DNA of 64,000 nt from an uncultured Gemmatimonadales bacterium (GCA_963828735.1 CAWHFW010000002.1:224001-288000), one strand, 5' to 3'; numbered from the stretch's first letter, positions 1 to 10,226 are shown. The notes: a model not told the origin generated them from the sequence alone. Translations and numbers: made by a program.

Positions 1-1150
1 CTTCTGCCAAGACTTTTTGCGTATCCGCGCTTGTTCGGGCCGACTTGAGGAGCTTCGCCGTATCAGGAACTGCAGGCTCCGCGGCCGCAGCGTTGATCTT
101 GGTGAAGAAGAGGGTGTCGGCCTTGGTGCTGTCGGTGGCGTACAGCGTCTCGAGTGCGTCCACTGCGCACTTGAAGTCACCGAGGAAGAGGCAGGCGTTG
201 CTCTTCAGGTCGTACAGATCAGCATTGTACGGATCCAGCTTGAGGCCTTCATCCGCCACCTGAAGCGCGGTCTCCGGGTGACCCGACTGCAGGAAGTACT
301 TGAAGAGCTCTTCGCGCAGCTTCTGGTTAGTCGGCGCGACGCGCAGCATCTGCTTGAAGGCTTCGAGCGTCTTGGCGGTGTCGTTGGCCGCCTGGTACTG
401 AGACGCGAGCGCGGTCCACACGGGCAGGCTCAGCGGATCGCCCTTGGCGGACGCCTGCAGGTGCTTCACCACCTCGTCGCGCGACGCCTTCTTGTCCTGC
501 GCGAGCAACGACAGGCAATACTCGGCGAGCCCGTTGTTGGGCAGGGTCTTGAGTGCCTTGGCGGCGGCGTCGGCCGCCTTGTCCGGCTTGGCCGTCCGCT
601 GGTCGATGCACGCCTTCGCGTCGCCCATCGATTTGACCGCCGGCTCGAGCGCCTCCGCTAGCCGCTTGCCGAACGCATCGGGCGCCTCGTTGGCGTTCTG
701 GCTGAGGGTGACCACGTTCCCGGCGTCGTCGTTCACGCCGACGAGGCGCGCGGTGACCGTGTAGCGCCCGCCTTCCGCCTTGTTGAGCGTGGAGCTGATG
801 AGAAAACGCGCCTGGATGTTCTTGGCGAGCGTCGTGGCGAGCGCCGGACTCAGGATGGCATCGATCGGATAGCCGTACTGCTTGAGGGCGTCGTTCATTT
901 GCGACTGCTCGACGACCTGATAGTCCCGCCCCACCATCCCCTTCACCTCTTCACGGAGCCCGGTTCCGATCTTCACTGCGGGCGCCGAATCGGCCGATGC
1001 GAAGGCAAACGGGTTCGCGACCATGAAGCGCGGGGAGGTATTCACGGTCTGCTGCGACGCGCGTGCCCCCCGGGGAATTCCCTGAGCCGCGAGCGGCGAG
1101 AGAACCGCGCTCCCCACGACGGCCAGAGCCACAAGACGGAACAAGAACAT
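1..1150 (-). CDS. Secreted TPR-like helical repeat protein; 3' end runs off the window
   Basis: Translated by hand from the ATG at 1150 (GGAGG upstream): MFLFRLVALAVVGSAVLSPLAAQ signal peptide, then helical repeats. No stop codon seen, so it is missing from the ORF track. Confidence 0.65.
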   Translation of the reverse strand, partial: MFLFRLVALAVVGSAVLSPLAAQGIPRGARASQQTVNTSPRFMVANPFAFASADSAPAVKIGTGLREEVKGMVGRDYQVVEQSQMNDALKQYGYPIDAILSPALATTLAKNIQARFLISSTLNKAEGGRYTVTARLVGVNDDAGNVVTLSQNANEAPDAFGKRLAEALEPAVKSMGDAKACIDQRTAKPDKAADAAAKALKTLPNNGLAEYCLSLLAQDKKASRDEVVKHLQASAKGDPLSLPVWTALASQYQAANDTAKTLEAFKQMLRVAPTNQKLREELFKYFLQSGHPETALQVADEGLKLDPYNADLYDLKSNACLFLGDFKCAVDALETLYATDSTKADTLFFTKINAAAAEPAVPDTAKLLKSARTSADTQKVLAE

Positions 1151-1216
1151 GCCTCATCCTCCACAGAGTGTCGGACCCGATGGGCTAGCAGCCTCCGCGC
1201 GGGGCGCGGCGACGGA

Positions 1217-1291
1217 TGGGCGAAGAGGGATTCGAACCCCCGACATCCTGCGTGTAAGGCAGGCGCTCTGAACCGGCTGAGCTATTCGCCC
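1217..1291 (-). tRNA. tRNA-Val(TAC), CCA not encoded
   Basis: Reverse complement GGGCGAATAGCTCAGCCGGTTCAGAGCGCCTGCCTTACACGCAGGATGTCGGGGGTTCGAATCCCTCTTCGCCCA; anticodon arm CCTGC-CTTACAC-GCAGG. Confidence 0.97.
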
Positions 1292-1368
1292 GGAAGATGC
1301 GCAACCCGTTCCCCAGTCAGGGAGTTTCGCCGCAACGCAGGGAGTGTGCCGTGACGGCCAACACGCGT

Positions 1369-1581
1369 TTAGAGGGCGATTCCCACCGGGAAAAGGATGC
1401 AGTAGCCGACCACGAGGATCACGGCGGCGGCACTCGCGTGCCCCGCGGCCAGCGTGAGATAGCCCGCCACCAGCACCAGGACGGCCGCCGCCAGGATGAC
1501 GAGGTTTCGGCGCGTCAGCAGGAATCGCCGGGTTTGGGCGGTGTTACCTGCCGAGGTCACTGAGGAGCGGGAACTAGGCAT
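1369..1581 (-). CDS. Small two-TM membrane protein (DUF3098-like)
   Basis: 70 aa with LTRRNLVILAAAVLVLVAGY and a second hydrophobic helix. Confidence 0.65.
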   Translation of the reverse strand: MPSSRSSVTSAGNTAQTRRFLLTRRNLVILAAAVLVLVAGYLTLAAGHASAAAVILVVGYCILFPVGIAL

Positions 1582-1595
1582 AAGCTATGAGGCTA

Positions 1596-2441
1596 CTACG
1601 GTTTTGGAGGCGGGTCAAGTTCAGGCCCTTCCTCAGCTTCGGGAGCGTCGGGCTCCACGACCCAGCCGACGTCCAGCGCGGCCCGGCGGACCCGATCGGC
1701 CCGGCGCCGGCGGTGGACGAGCCAGAGCACCACGAGGCCGACCACCGCCCATCCTCCACCGGCGATCAGCCACTGGCCCAGGGTATACCGATGTCGGAGG
1801 GCCCGGCGCCACGCTTCCTCGAAGCGCCCAAGCGTAAGGCCCGTCGTGGCCAGCACCGCGGTCTCGAAGTCCTCGCCCCGCTCGAGACGCCCGAGCAGGG
1901 GCGCGAGAGTGCCCGTGGGGTTGCGGTGCGCGAGCTCGGTGACGGCGGAGGCCGCGAGGGCATAGGCCGCGTCCGCGGTCGAGGCCGAGCCGCGCAGGGC
2001 CCCGTCGAGCTCGGTCAGGGAGGGGATCGCACCGCGAACGACGGCGAGGTTGAGCTCGAGGCCTCCAAACCGCTCCCACTCGCCTGCGGCCCAGGCGGCG
2101 TAGCCCTCGTCGAACCAGAGGGGCACGCGCACCGGGACTGCCTCGTGGAGCGCGAGGTGGGCCAGCTCGTGCCGCAGGGTGCGGAGGAGATCGTCCTGGT
2201 CGGCGCGGAGGAGGATGGTGCGAGCGCCCGGGAGCGCGATGGCCGCGCCCCACGTCGGGGCGCGGCCGGAGGTGAGCGAGTCGAGCGTCCTCCCGTCGGG
2301 GACGACGATGAGGCGAAGGGGCCCGGGATCCCGCACGCCCAAGCCGGGCCACTCGGCCGGCTGGTCCGCGGCTCGGGCGAGCGCCCGGGCAACCTCGCGC
2401 TGCGCGGGCCACGCCACGACCGTCACCCGCCCGACCTGCAT
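1596..2441 (-). CDS. Peptidase MA-like (HExxH zincin) protein with C-terminal TM helix; true start probably near 2500
   Basis: LRHELAHLAL and PLWFDEGYA motifs; the in-frame upstream stretch LLALALLLQG looks like a signal peptide. Confidence 0.75.
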   Translation of the reverse strand: MQVGRVTVVAWPAQREVARALARAADQPAEWPGLGVRDPGPLRLIVVPDGRTLDSLTSGRAPTWGAAIALPGARTILLRADQDDLLRTLRHELAHLALHEAVPVRVPLWFDEGYAAWAAGEWERFGGLELNLAVVRGAIPSLTELDGALRGSASTADAAYALAASAVTELAHRNPTGTLAPLLGRLERGEDFETAVLATTGLTLGRFEEAWRRALRHRYTLGQWLIAGGGWAVVGLVVLWLVHRRRRADRVRRAALDVGWVVEPDAPEAEEGPELDPPPKP

Positions 2442-2476
2442 GGCGGCGGGCGTGCCCTGGAGCAGGAGCGCGAGCG

Positions 2477-3343
2477 CTAGGAGAGCAGGCTGCGCGGGAC
2501 CTCACCCCCAGCGGCCGCCACGTCGAGCATCTCCTTACAACGCTTGGCCCACGGGTTGAACTTGTTGGCCTTGTGCCCTTCTGCCCAGGTCTGCATGGCT
2601 TCGTCGCGCTGCCCGGCGAACCAGAGCGCGCGGCCGAGCTCGAAGTAGGCCTCGATCAGGTTCGGGCCCAGCTTCAGGGTCTTCCGGAAGAAGGTCTGCG
2701 CGTCCTCGTACATCTCGCGCTCCAGGTAGACGAGCCCCAGGTAGTAGTGCGCGTAGAGCGTCGCCTTGCGATCGTTGTCGAGGCGGATGGCCTTGGACAG
2801 GTGCTCGATCGCCTCGCCGAAGATCCGCTTCTTGAGGCAGATGTACCCGACGTTGATCCGCGCGAGCGCGTTCGCCGGCTCCTTCATCAGCACCCGCGAG
2901 AAGGTGCCGAGGGCATCGTCGTAGTCCTCGTGAAGCATCTGGGCCCAGCCCAGGAGCGATTGCGCCTGGATGTCGCCAGGCGCGAGCGCGAGCGCCTTCT
3001 CGAGGGACTGGATCGCGCCGGCGTAGTCACCGAGGGAGATGAGGCTCCACCCCTTCTCGATATACGTGGACGCACCGAGATGGTCCGCGTGGACCGCCGG
3101 GCGCGCACCGGTGAACTGGGGCGCCGTCGCGGCACCGGTGGCGTTCCCCTGCTTGTACCGCTCCACGAGCCCCCGGATGTCTTCCTTCATCTGTCCCAAG
3201 TCGCCGAGCGCGCCGTCCACCCGCTTGAAGAGCGCGATGATGTCCCGCTTGACGGTCTCACGCTCGGCCCCCTGCGCGGCGCCGAGTCGCAATTCGATCT
3301 CCTGGAACTGACCCCGCAGGGTCGCGATCCACTGCTCGCTCAT
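2477..3343 (-). CDS. TPR repeat protein with N-terminal coiled coil
   Basis: MSEQWIATLR...; several TPR units; ATGA overlap with cheW. Confidence 0.85.
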   Translation of the reverse strand: MSEQWIATLRGQFQEIELRLGAAQGAERETVKRDIIALFKRVDGALGDLGQMKEDIRGLVERYKQGNATGAATAPQFTGARPAVHADHLGASTYIEKGWSLISLGDYAGAIQSLEKALALAPGDIQAQSLLGWAQMLHEDYDDALGTFSRVLMKEPANALARINVGYICLKKRIFGEAIEHLSKAIRLDNDRKATLYAHYYLGLVYLEREMYEDAQTFFRKTLKLGPNLIEAYFELGRALWFAGQRDEAMQTWAEGHKANKFNPWAKRCKEMLDVAAAGGEVPRSLLS

Positions 3344-3810
3344 GAGGGGCTTTCCATGGCGGTCAACGCCATCCGTTCGGTGGACGACAACAGCTTGCGC
3401 GCGTTCAGGATGATGATGGTCCGCTCGGGTCGCGTCACGATGCCCATGATGTACGCGGCGGCGAGCCCGCTCACCATCGGCCCGGGGGCGGTGATGGTCG
3501 TGCTGTCCACCCGCATGACCTCGCGCACCTCGTCGACCAGGACGCCCACGCGCTGCTCGCCCAGGTCTACGACCATGAGCCGGGTCTCTTCCCGGATCGG
3601 CGCCGCCAGCTCGAACCGCTTTCGCAGGTCCACCACGGGCACCGCGCCGCCTTCGTAGGGGACGACCCCTTCGAGGAAGTCCGGCGCCTTGGGCAACCGC
3701 GCCGGCGCGACGTGCCGCAGGATCCGCTCGACCTGCAGGATGTCGAACGCGAACTCCTGGGTGCCGACCCGGAAGGTCACGACCTGAATGTCGTCGCCCG
3801 TATCGCTCAT
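3340..3810 (-). CDS. cheW: Chemotaxis adaptor CheW
   Basis: QVVTFRVGTQEFAFDILQVERI...PVVDLRKRF...GVLVDEVREV. Confidence 0.92.
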   Translation of the reverse strand: MSDTGDDIQVVTFRVGTQEFAFDILQVERILRHVAPARLPKAPDFLEGVVPYEGGAVPVVDLRKRFELAAPIREETRLMVVDLGEQRVGVLVDEVREVMRVDSTTITAPGPMVSGLAAAYIMGIVTRPERTIIILNARKLLSSTERMALTAMESPS

Positions 3811-4235
3811 GCGGCCGAGGTCTCCATGAAGCGCGCACCAAGCGCGGCCAGGTCGAGCAGTGGAATCAAGCCGTATTCCGTGCGGGCCACCGCCGCGGCC
3901 CACGGAAGCGCGCTCCCTGACGGCACGGGGAGGCCCCGGTCGTACAGCACCGATTCGGCCGCATCGATCTCGAGGCAGAGCCGGCGTCCGCCCACCTCGA
4001 CCAGCACGCCCATCTCGGTTCGCTCGTTCGGGCAGGCCCGTCCCTCGAGGAGGGCGGCGAGATGCACGAGCGGCAGGATGCGGCCGCGAATGACCGACAC
4101 GCCGCGCACCGCCGGCTCGATCGACGGCACGGGAAACGCCGTCCCGGGATCGAGGACCTCGACGACCTGAGCGAGCGGCAGCCCCACCACTCGCTCGCCC
4201 GCGCGCACCAGCAGGTGGCCGACGCCGCCTCTCAT
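3807..4235 (-). CDS. cheW: CheW-like protein
   Basis: [11 protein letters not shown]...[21 protein letters not shown] overlap with cheB. Confidence 0.85.
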   Translation of the reverse strand: MRGGVGHLLVRAGERVVGLPLAQVVEVLDPGTAFPVPSIEPAVRGVSVIRGRILPLVHLAALLEGRACPNERTEMGVLVEVGGRRLCLEIDAAESVLYDRGLPVPSGSALPWAAAVARTEYGLIPLLDLAALGARFMETSAA

Positions 4236-5308
4236 TGGCTTGCCATCCGGTCCAGCTCCTCCCCGACACGCGCCGCGATGCGACCGATCGGCAGAACGTG
4301 GTTTACGCCGCCGGCCTGCACGGCCGCGCTGGGCATGCCGTAGATCGTGGCCGTCTCCCGATCCTGCGCGATTCCGACGCCCCCGGCGTCTCGGATCTCG
4401 CGCAGGCCGTCCGCGCCATCCCGACCCAGCCCGGTGAGGACCACCCCCACCGCGCGGGGCCCGAAGATCCGGGCCACGCTCCGGAACAGCGGGTCGGCGG
4501 CGGGGCGCACGCCCCACACCGCGGGCTCCTGGTCGAGCTCGAGCCGCAAGCCCTCGGTCGAGATGGCGACGCGCATATGATAATCCCCGGGTGCCACGTA
4601 GGCGGTGTCCGCCAGGACCGGAGTCCCGTGCTGCGCCTCGACGACGTTGAGCCGGCTCTGCGAGGCGAGCCGCTCCGCGAGGCTGTGCGTGAACTTGGGC
4701 GGCATGTGCTGCACGATCAGGATCGCCGCGTCCTGTCCGGTCGCGAGCTGCGGTACCAGCTCGGCCAGGGCCCGGGGGCCGCCGGTCGAGGCGGCGATCG
4801 CGGCGCAGCGGCGGGCCCGGCCCGGCAGCGCGAACATCGCCTGCATGTGCGCGCTGCGCGCCGGTCGGGCGAGCACCGGCATCCGAAGGATCTCGGCGCT
4901 CCGCACCGCGCGCAGCGTGCCGATGAGGCGCTCGCGGAACCGGGCGATGGCCTGATCGCTCCGATCCTCCTCCTTCGGGACGAGGTCGACGGCCCCCAGC
5001 TCGAGCGCGCGGATCGCCGCGCCCGTGCCCCGCCCCGCGTACGAGCTCACCACCACGATCGGCCGGGGCGACTCCGACATGATGTAGCCGATCGCGCCGA
5101 GGCCATCGAGATCGGGCATCTCCAGGTCCATCAGGACCAGGTCCGGCTCGAGGTCGTGCACTTTCTGCAGGGCCTCGACGCCGTTCCGTGCCGTTGCCAG
5201 GGCGCGGAAGTCGCCGCTCTCGTCCACGCAGTCGGTCAGCAGCCGCCGGAAGAAGGCGCTGTCGTCCACGATCAGGACGCTCCGCGGCTCAGAGGCTCTG
5301 GATGCCAT
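4232..5308 (-). CDS. cheB: Chemotaxis methylesterase CheB
   Basis: Receiver domain (VDDS, MDLEMP) plus [14 protein letters not shown] and LTGLGRDGA catalytic motifs. Confidence 0.96.
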   Translation of the reverse strand: MASRASEPRSVLIVDDSAFFRRLLTDCVDESGDFRALATARNGVEALQKVHDLEPDLVLMDLEMPDLDGLGAIGYIMSESPRPIVVVSSYAGRGTGAAIRALELGAVDLVPKEEDRSDQAIARFRERLIGTLRAVRSAEILRMPVLARPARSAHMQAMFALPGRARRCAAIAASTGGPRALAELVPQLATGQDAAILIVQHMPPKFTHSLAERLASQSRLNVVEAQHGTPVLADTAYVAPGDYHMRVAISTEGLRLELDQEPAVWGVRPAADPLFRSVARIFGPRAVGVVLTGLGRDGADGLREIRDAGGVGIAQDRETATIYGMPSAAVQAGGVNHVLPIGRIAARVGEELDRMASQ

Positions 5309-5774
5309 GCGACACCGACGAGACCTCGACCCGCCCGTCGGCCACCCAGAGCTTCACGGTGCGGCCGAAGTCGCCGCCGGTCGCCTCGCCCACGAGCGCT
5401 ACGCCGTGCTGGTAGAGCGTCTGCCGACAGGCGACCAGGTTGCGCTCGCCCATCTGGATCGTGCCCGGCGCGGCGAGCGCCGCGAACATGCTCGCGCCGC
5501 CCACCAGCCGGGCCGTGATTCGGCGGCCGCTCGCGCCCTTCTGGGCCATCAACTCGAGGAGGCGCGGGATCGCGGTCTGCGGGAACTTGGCCGGGTTGTC
5601 GTCCTTGCGGCTGAGCGCGGGCGACGGCAGCAGGACATGCGCGAGGCCGCCGACCTTCGCGACCGGATCGTGGAGCACGACGGCGACGCAGCTGCCGAGT
5701 CCGACCGTGACCAGCACGTCCGGCCCCGAGCCGGCCCTGAGGTCGGCGACGCGGACGATGATCGCGCCGTTCAC
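5289..5774 (-). CDS. cheD: Chemoreceptor glutamine deamidase CheD
   Basis: [14 protein letters not shown]...GLAHVLLP...GGASMF...MGERN; GTG start overlaps the cheR stop. Confidence 0.93.
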   Translation of the reverse strand: MNGAIIVRVADLRAGSGPDVLVTVGLGSCVAVVLHDPVAKVGGLAHVLLPSPALSRKDDNPAKFPQTAIPRLLELMAQKGASGRRITARLVGGASMFAALAAPGTIQMGERNLVACRQTLYQHGVALVGEATGGDFGRTVKLWVADGRVEVSSVSHGIQSL

Positions 5775-6589
5775 GCGGGCCGCCGGTACACGCGCTCGCG
5801 GGGGTCCACGAGCGCCAGCCGGTCGCGGGCCGAGCCGAACAGGGTCTCCACCTTGCCGAGGACCAGGAATCCTCCGGGAAGGAGCGCATCGGCGAACGTC
5901 CGGAACAGCCGCTCCTGCATCGGGCGATCGAAATAGATCACGACATTCCGGCACAAAATGAGGTCGTAGTCGGTGCGAAGCGGCGCCTCGCGGCTCAGAT
6001 CGAGGGGCCGTATGTGGACGCGGCGGCGGACGCGATCGCCGACGCGGAGCGTCTCGCCGCTGTCCTCGAAGTAGCGGCTGACCAGGTCGGACGGCATTTC
6101 GGTCAGGCCCTCGCGGCGGTAGACGGCGTCGCGGGCCCGCTCGAGGCTGGCGCGATCGATATCGGTGGCATCGATCGTCAGCCGGGTGAGCTCGCCCCCG
6201 CGGCCCGCCTTGTCGAGGCAGTCCGCGGCGAGCGCGGCCAGGGTATAGGGCTCTTCCCCCGACGCGCAGCCCGCGCTCCACACGCGCACCTCTACGCGCG
6301 GCCGGTCGAACAGTGTCGGGAGCACCGCGCGCCGGAGCAGATTCCAGGTCTCCGCGTTCCGATAGAACCGGGTGACGTTGATCGTGAGCGCGTCCCGCAG
6401 GTGCTCGTACTCGACCGGCGATCGGCTGAGGAGCGCCCGGTAGTCGTCGTACGTGTGGACGCCGCAGGCCCGCATACGCACCGCGATCCGTCGGCGGATG
6501 CACTTGTCCTTGTACGCCCCGACGGTGAAACCGCTCGTCTGGGCGATCTGTCGCGCGAGCGCCGCGAACGCCGCGTCGTCGGCCGTCAT
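5771..6589 (-). CDS. cheR: Protein-glutamate methyltransferase CheR
   Basis: LTINVTRFYRN, VWSAGCASGEEPYT, DLILCRNVVIYF. Confidence 0.96.
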   Translation of the reverse strand: MTADDAAFAALARQIAQTSGFTVGAYKDKCIRRRIAVRMRACGVHTYDDYRALLSRSPVEYEHLRDALTINVTRFYRNAETWNLLRRAVLPTLFDRPRVEVRVWSAGCASGEEPYTLAALAADCLDKAGRGGELTRLTIDATDIDRASLERARDAVYRREGLTEMPSDLVSRYFEDSGETLRVGDRVRRRVHIRPLDLSREAPLRTDYDLILCRNVVIYFDRPMQERLFRTFADALLPGGFLVLGKVETLFGSARDRLALVDPRERVYRRPA

Positions 6590-8202
6590 GGCGCCATGTC
6601 CAGCATCTCGAGGTTCGCCCGCGCCAGCTCGTGCCCGGGATTGAGCTCGGTGGCGCGGCTCCAGCTCTCGCGGGCCAGCGGCTTGTCGCGGCGCTTGTAG
6701 GCGATGTTGCCGAGCTTGAAGTAGAGGTCGTCGCCCAAATCGGGCGCGAGCTTGGCAGCGCGCTCGTAGGCCTCGCGCGCCTCCTCGTAGCGGCCGTTGC
6801 GGTACAGGATGTCGGCCAGGTTCTTGGAGACCTGGGGCAGCGAGGCATCCTCCGCCAGCGCCGCGCGAAGCGCCTTCTCGGCGCCCTGCGCGTCACCCGT
6901 GAGCTCGAGCAGCACCGCGAGGTTGTTCTGCAGGACCGCGCTCGAGGGGTAGGTCTCGACACCGTCGCGCGCGGCCCGGACCGCGCCCGGGTTGTCGTCG
7001 AGCCCGGCGCTCGCGAGCGTGGAGGCCCAGTACCAAAGGGCGGGCGCCGGCTTTCCGCCGAGCAGCTCGAGGGTGCGCGCGAGCCGTCCCTGCGCGACCT
7101 GATGCTCCCCCCGCTTCAGGGCCACGACGCTCCAACCCAGCATGATCCGCGCGTCGTCGCGCGCGCGGCCGGCGGCATCGCCGAAGGCGGCCTCGGCCTC
7201 ATCGAGGCGGCCTAGGCGCTCGAGCGCGTACCCCAGGTTGTGGAGTGCGGCCGGCTTGGCGCCCGCCGCGCCGGCGGCCTGCCGGAAGGCGGTGGCCGCC
7301 TCCTCCCAACGCCCTTGTCGCACGGCGATGAGGCCGAGGTAGAACGGCGCGCTCGCGTCCGCGGGCCGCAGCTCGGCGACCCGGCGGAACTCCCGGAGCG
7401 CCTCGTCCAGCATCGCGGCTTTGTAGAAGGCGATGCCCAGGTTGCGATGCTCGTCCACGCGACCGTCGTTCACCTTCGGCGCGGCCGGGGCCGAGGTGCC
7501 CACCCGGTGCGCGAACCCCGCCGTGATGAGTCCGAAGAGCGCCTTCCCCACCTCGAATTCCACCAACCCGGACTCGTCGATCACCGCCTGGACGTCGCGC
7601 GTCCCGTCGAGCAGCCGGATCAGGCGTCGCTGCTCGGCCGACAGTTCCGGCGCCGACTCCCCGAGGTGAGCGGGGTCCACCGAGAAGATGAGGTCGAAGG
7701 ACGGGATCTTCTTCTCGATCAGGCTCCATTCGTCGACCCGCCGGGCGCCCTCGAGCAGCAGGAACTCGGGGTTGATGCGCACGAGGAAATCCTCGCGCTC
7801 CGGATTGACGCCGGCCTCGAAGTTGAACGTCCCCGACGTCCAGGTGAACAGGTAGTAGACAGCCTCCTCGATCTGGAGGCGGATGTGGCTCTCCAGGTCC
7901 TCCCGGCTCACGAAGCCGAGCTCGACCAGGATCTCGCCCAGCTTGTGCTCGCGGTCGCCCTCCTGGCGATCGATCGCCTGCTGGAGCTGCTCGGCGCTGA
8001 TGCGCCCGCCTCGCAGGAGGATGTCGCCGAGCCGATCGCGGCGGTTCACGATCGCCGCGTAGACGATGTGGCCTTCCTCGAAGTAGATCGTGCCGAAGTT
8101 GTGTCGGTCGGCGAGGGCCAGGCACCCGGTCCGCCGCCCGAGGAACAGCAGCTGGATCACGTCGGGAAGACTCGCTTCCTTGAGGCTGCCCTTGATCGCC
8201 AT
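6586..8202 (-). CDS. DUF4388 (PATAN-like) + MshEN-like + TPR protein
   Basis: MAIKGSLKEASLPDVIQLL N-terminus; tandem RLGDILL/KLGEILV motifs; LLLEGARRVDEW; C-terminal TPRs. Confidence 0.85.
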   Translation of the reverse strand: MAIKGSLKEASLPDVIQLLFLGRRTGCLALADRHNFGTIYFEEGHIVYAAIVNRRDRLGDILLRGGRISAEQLQQAIDRQEGDREHKLGEILVELGFVSREDLESHIRLQIEEAVYYLFTWTSGTFNFEAGVNPEREDFLVRINPEFLLLEGARRVDEWSLIEKKIPSFDLIFSVDPAHLGESAPELSAEQRRLIRLLDGTRDVQAVIDESGLVEFEVGKALFGLITAGFAHRVGTSAPAAPKVNDGRVDEHRNLGIAFYKAAMLDEALREFRRVAELRPADASAPFYLGLIAVRQGRWEEAATAFRQAAGAAGAKPAALHNLGYALERLGRLDEAEAAFGDAAGRARDDARIMLGWSVVALKRGEHQVAQGRLARTLELLGGKPAPALWYWASTLASAGLDDNPGAVRAARDGVETYPSSAVLQNNLAVLLELTGDAQGAEKALRAALAEDASLPQVSKNLADILYRNGRYEEAREAYERAAKLAPDLGDDLYFKLGNIAYKRRDKPLARESWSRATELNPGHELARANLEMLDMAP

Positions 8203-10226
8203 CAGCGCCACTCCTCGACGACGCGATCGGCGACCGCGGGCCACTCCCACACCATCTTCTCGCGGCTGCGGGTGGCGCTGGTGCCCGGGGCGACGATGCC
8301 GCTCGAACGGCCGGACGGCTTACGTGGTGCCGGCGCGGTGGCCGCGGGCTCTTCCAGGACCTCGCGCGCGAGCGCCGCGGTGGCCGGCGCGCCGCGCGCT
8401 GCGGCGGCCTCGAGGACGCGCTGCAGGAGGGCCTGTGCGGCGCGGATCGAATCCGCGGGGCGATCGGCGAGATAGGCCGCGAGGTCCGGCTCGGGAGCGC
8501 CGAGCTTGGTCTCGAGGTCGCGCGCCAGTACGCATTGGCGCACCGATGCGTCGGGCTGGGGCAGCTCGACCACCAGCCCGCCTTCGAGGCGCGACCGGAG
8601 GCGGGGCTCGACCCCCGTCAACTCGGCTAACGGGGCCGCGCAGCTGAACACGAGCTGGCGGCCGCCGTCCATGAGCGCGTTGAACAGGACGAAGAGCTCG
8701 TCCTGGGTCCGATCCTTGGCGGCAATGAGGTGGACGTCGTCCAGCAGGAACGCGGCCGCCCGGCGATAGCGCGCCCGCCAGGCCGCCACCCCATCGCGGT
8801 TGATCGCCTCGATCAACTCACCGGTGAACTCGGGCGCGCTGAGGCAGGCGATCGGCTCCCCCTGCTCGGCGAGCGCGTTGCCGATCGCGTGCAGCAGGTG
8901 CGTCTTGCCGACGGCCGGACCGCCCACGAGCACCAGCGGGTTGTAGCGGTCACCCGGATTCGCCGCGACGGCGCGCGCGGCCTCGACCACCACCCGGTTG
9001 GCCGGTGTTTCGACGAAACCCTCCAGCCGCCAGAGCGGTGACGGCGCGGGCGGCGGCGGTCCTTCTTCCCGCGCCTGCCGCAGTGCTTCTTCGGCACCGG
9101 CCAGATTCGCCGGATCGCGGAAGGCGGCCGAGCCGGCGAGCTCGGGCGCGAGCGCCTCCGCCTCCGCCTGCAGCGCCTGCAGGCGCTCCACGTCTTCCTC
9201 GAACTCGCGCAACGCGCGCTCGGGGTCGTTCACCATTTCCTGCTCGAGCAACGCCTCGAGCTGCGCGGTGCGGAAGCCCTCGCCCTGCCAGCGGAGGATT
9301 GCGGCGCTGACCCGGGCTCGCCAGGCGTCCACTTGCTGCGCGACGGTGGCGGCAATCTCGGAGAGGAAATCGTCGAACTCGGACGGGGCGGAGGCGGCGG
9401 CTGTCGCCGGCTGCCGCTCGGCGGCGACGGCCACGAGCTCCGGACGCGCGGACCGCGCGGGCTGCTCGATCTTTTCCGTCTTGTCCCCCGCGTCCGCCGC
9501 CGCCGTCGCCTCTCCGCCCACCAGCATCTGCGCCTGCTGGGCCGTCAATGGCTTCTCGCTCACCGCCTGGAACGCGATGATCCGATTGAGCCCGCCGAGC
9601 AGCTCGCGGACGTTGTCGATGTCCAGCGCCGCGACGGCCTCGAGCACGCCCTCGCCGAACGTGGCGCGGCGCTCGTCCGCCTTCCGGCGGAGGATCGCGA
9701 CCCGCGTCTCGTAATCGGGCGCGGCGACGTCGATGATGAGCCCGCCCGCGAATCGGCGGATCAGCCGATCGTCGAGCGCCTCGATCTCGGCGGGCGGCCG
9801 GTCGCTCGTGAGCACGATCTGGCGGCTCGCCGTCTGGAGTGCGTCGGTGAGCCGAAGCAGCTCGGCCTGCATCTCCCGCCGGTGGGTCAGGAACTGCACA
9901 TCGTCCACCAGCAGCAGGTCCACATCGAGGAAACGCTTGCGGTAGGCTTCCCCATGCCCCGCCGCGATGGCCGCGTGAAAGGCTTCGACGAACTCGTCCA
10001 GCGTGAGATACTCGACGGCGAGACGCGGATTGATGGCGCGGGCCGCGTGGCCGATCGCCATCAGCAAATGCGTCTTTCCCAAGCCTGGCCGGGCGTACAC
10101 GAAGAGCGGGTTGTACACCGTGCCGGGCGACTCCGCGACGGCCTTCGCGGCGGTCACGGCAAGCCGGTTGGCCGCCCCGACCACGAGCGTGTCGAACCGA
10201 TAGAGCGGGTTGAGCGTGACGGTCAC
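8202..10226 (-). CDS. DnaA/Hda-family protein with two tandem AAA+ domains and no DNA-binding domain IV
   Basis: Two copies of YNPL..G.GKTHLL.AIG, (L/F)L.DDV and RL..R..GGL; NVRELLGGL in the first copy; 674 aa. Confidence 0.9.
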   Translation of the reverse strand: MTVTLNPLYRFDTLVVGAANRLAVTAAKAVAESPGTVYNPLFVYARPGLGKTHLLMAIGHAARAINPRLAVEYLTLDEFVEAFHAAIAAGHGEAYRKRFLDVDLLLVDDVQFLTHRREMQAELLRLTDALQTASRQIVLTSDRPPAEIEALDDRLIRRFAGGLIIDVAAPDYETRVAILRRKADERRATFGEGVLEAVAALDIDNVRELLGGLNRIIAFQAVSEKPLTAQQAQMLVGGEATAAADAGDKTEKIEQPARSARPELVAVAAERQPATAAASAPSEFDDFLSEIAATVAQQVDAWRARVSAAILRWQGEGFRTAQLEALLEQEMVNDPERALREFEEDVERLQALQAEAEALAPELAGSAAFRDPANLAGAEEALRQAREEGPPPPAPSPLWRLEGFVETPANRVVVEAARAVAANPGDRYNPLVLVGGPAVGKTHLLHAIGNALAEQGEPIACLSAPEFTGELIEAINRDGVAAWRARYRRAAAFLLDDVHLIAAKDRTQDELFVLFNALMDGGRQLVFSCAAPLAELTGVEPRLRSRLEGGLVVELPQPDASVRQCVLARDLETKLGAPEPDLAAYLADRPADSIRAAQALLQRVLEAAAARGAPATAALAREVLEEPAATAPAPRKPSGRSSGIVAPGTSATRSREKMVWEWPAVADRVVEEWR

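Noticed and set aside
8202..10226. Calling this the replication initiator dnaA or an oriC region
   Set aside because: No domain I or IV, no dnaN/recF/gyrB neighbours and no intergenic DnaA-box array.
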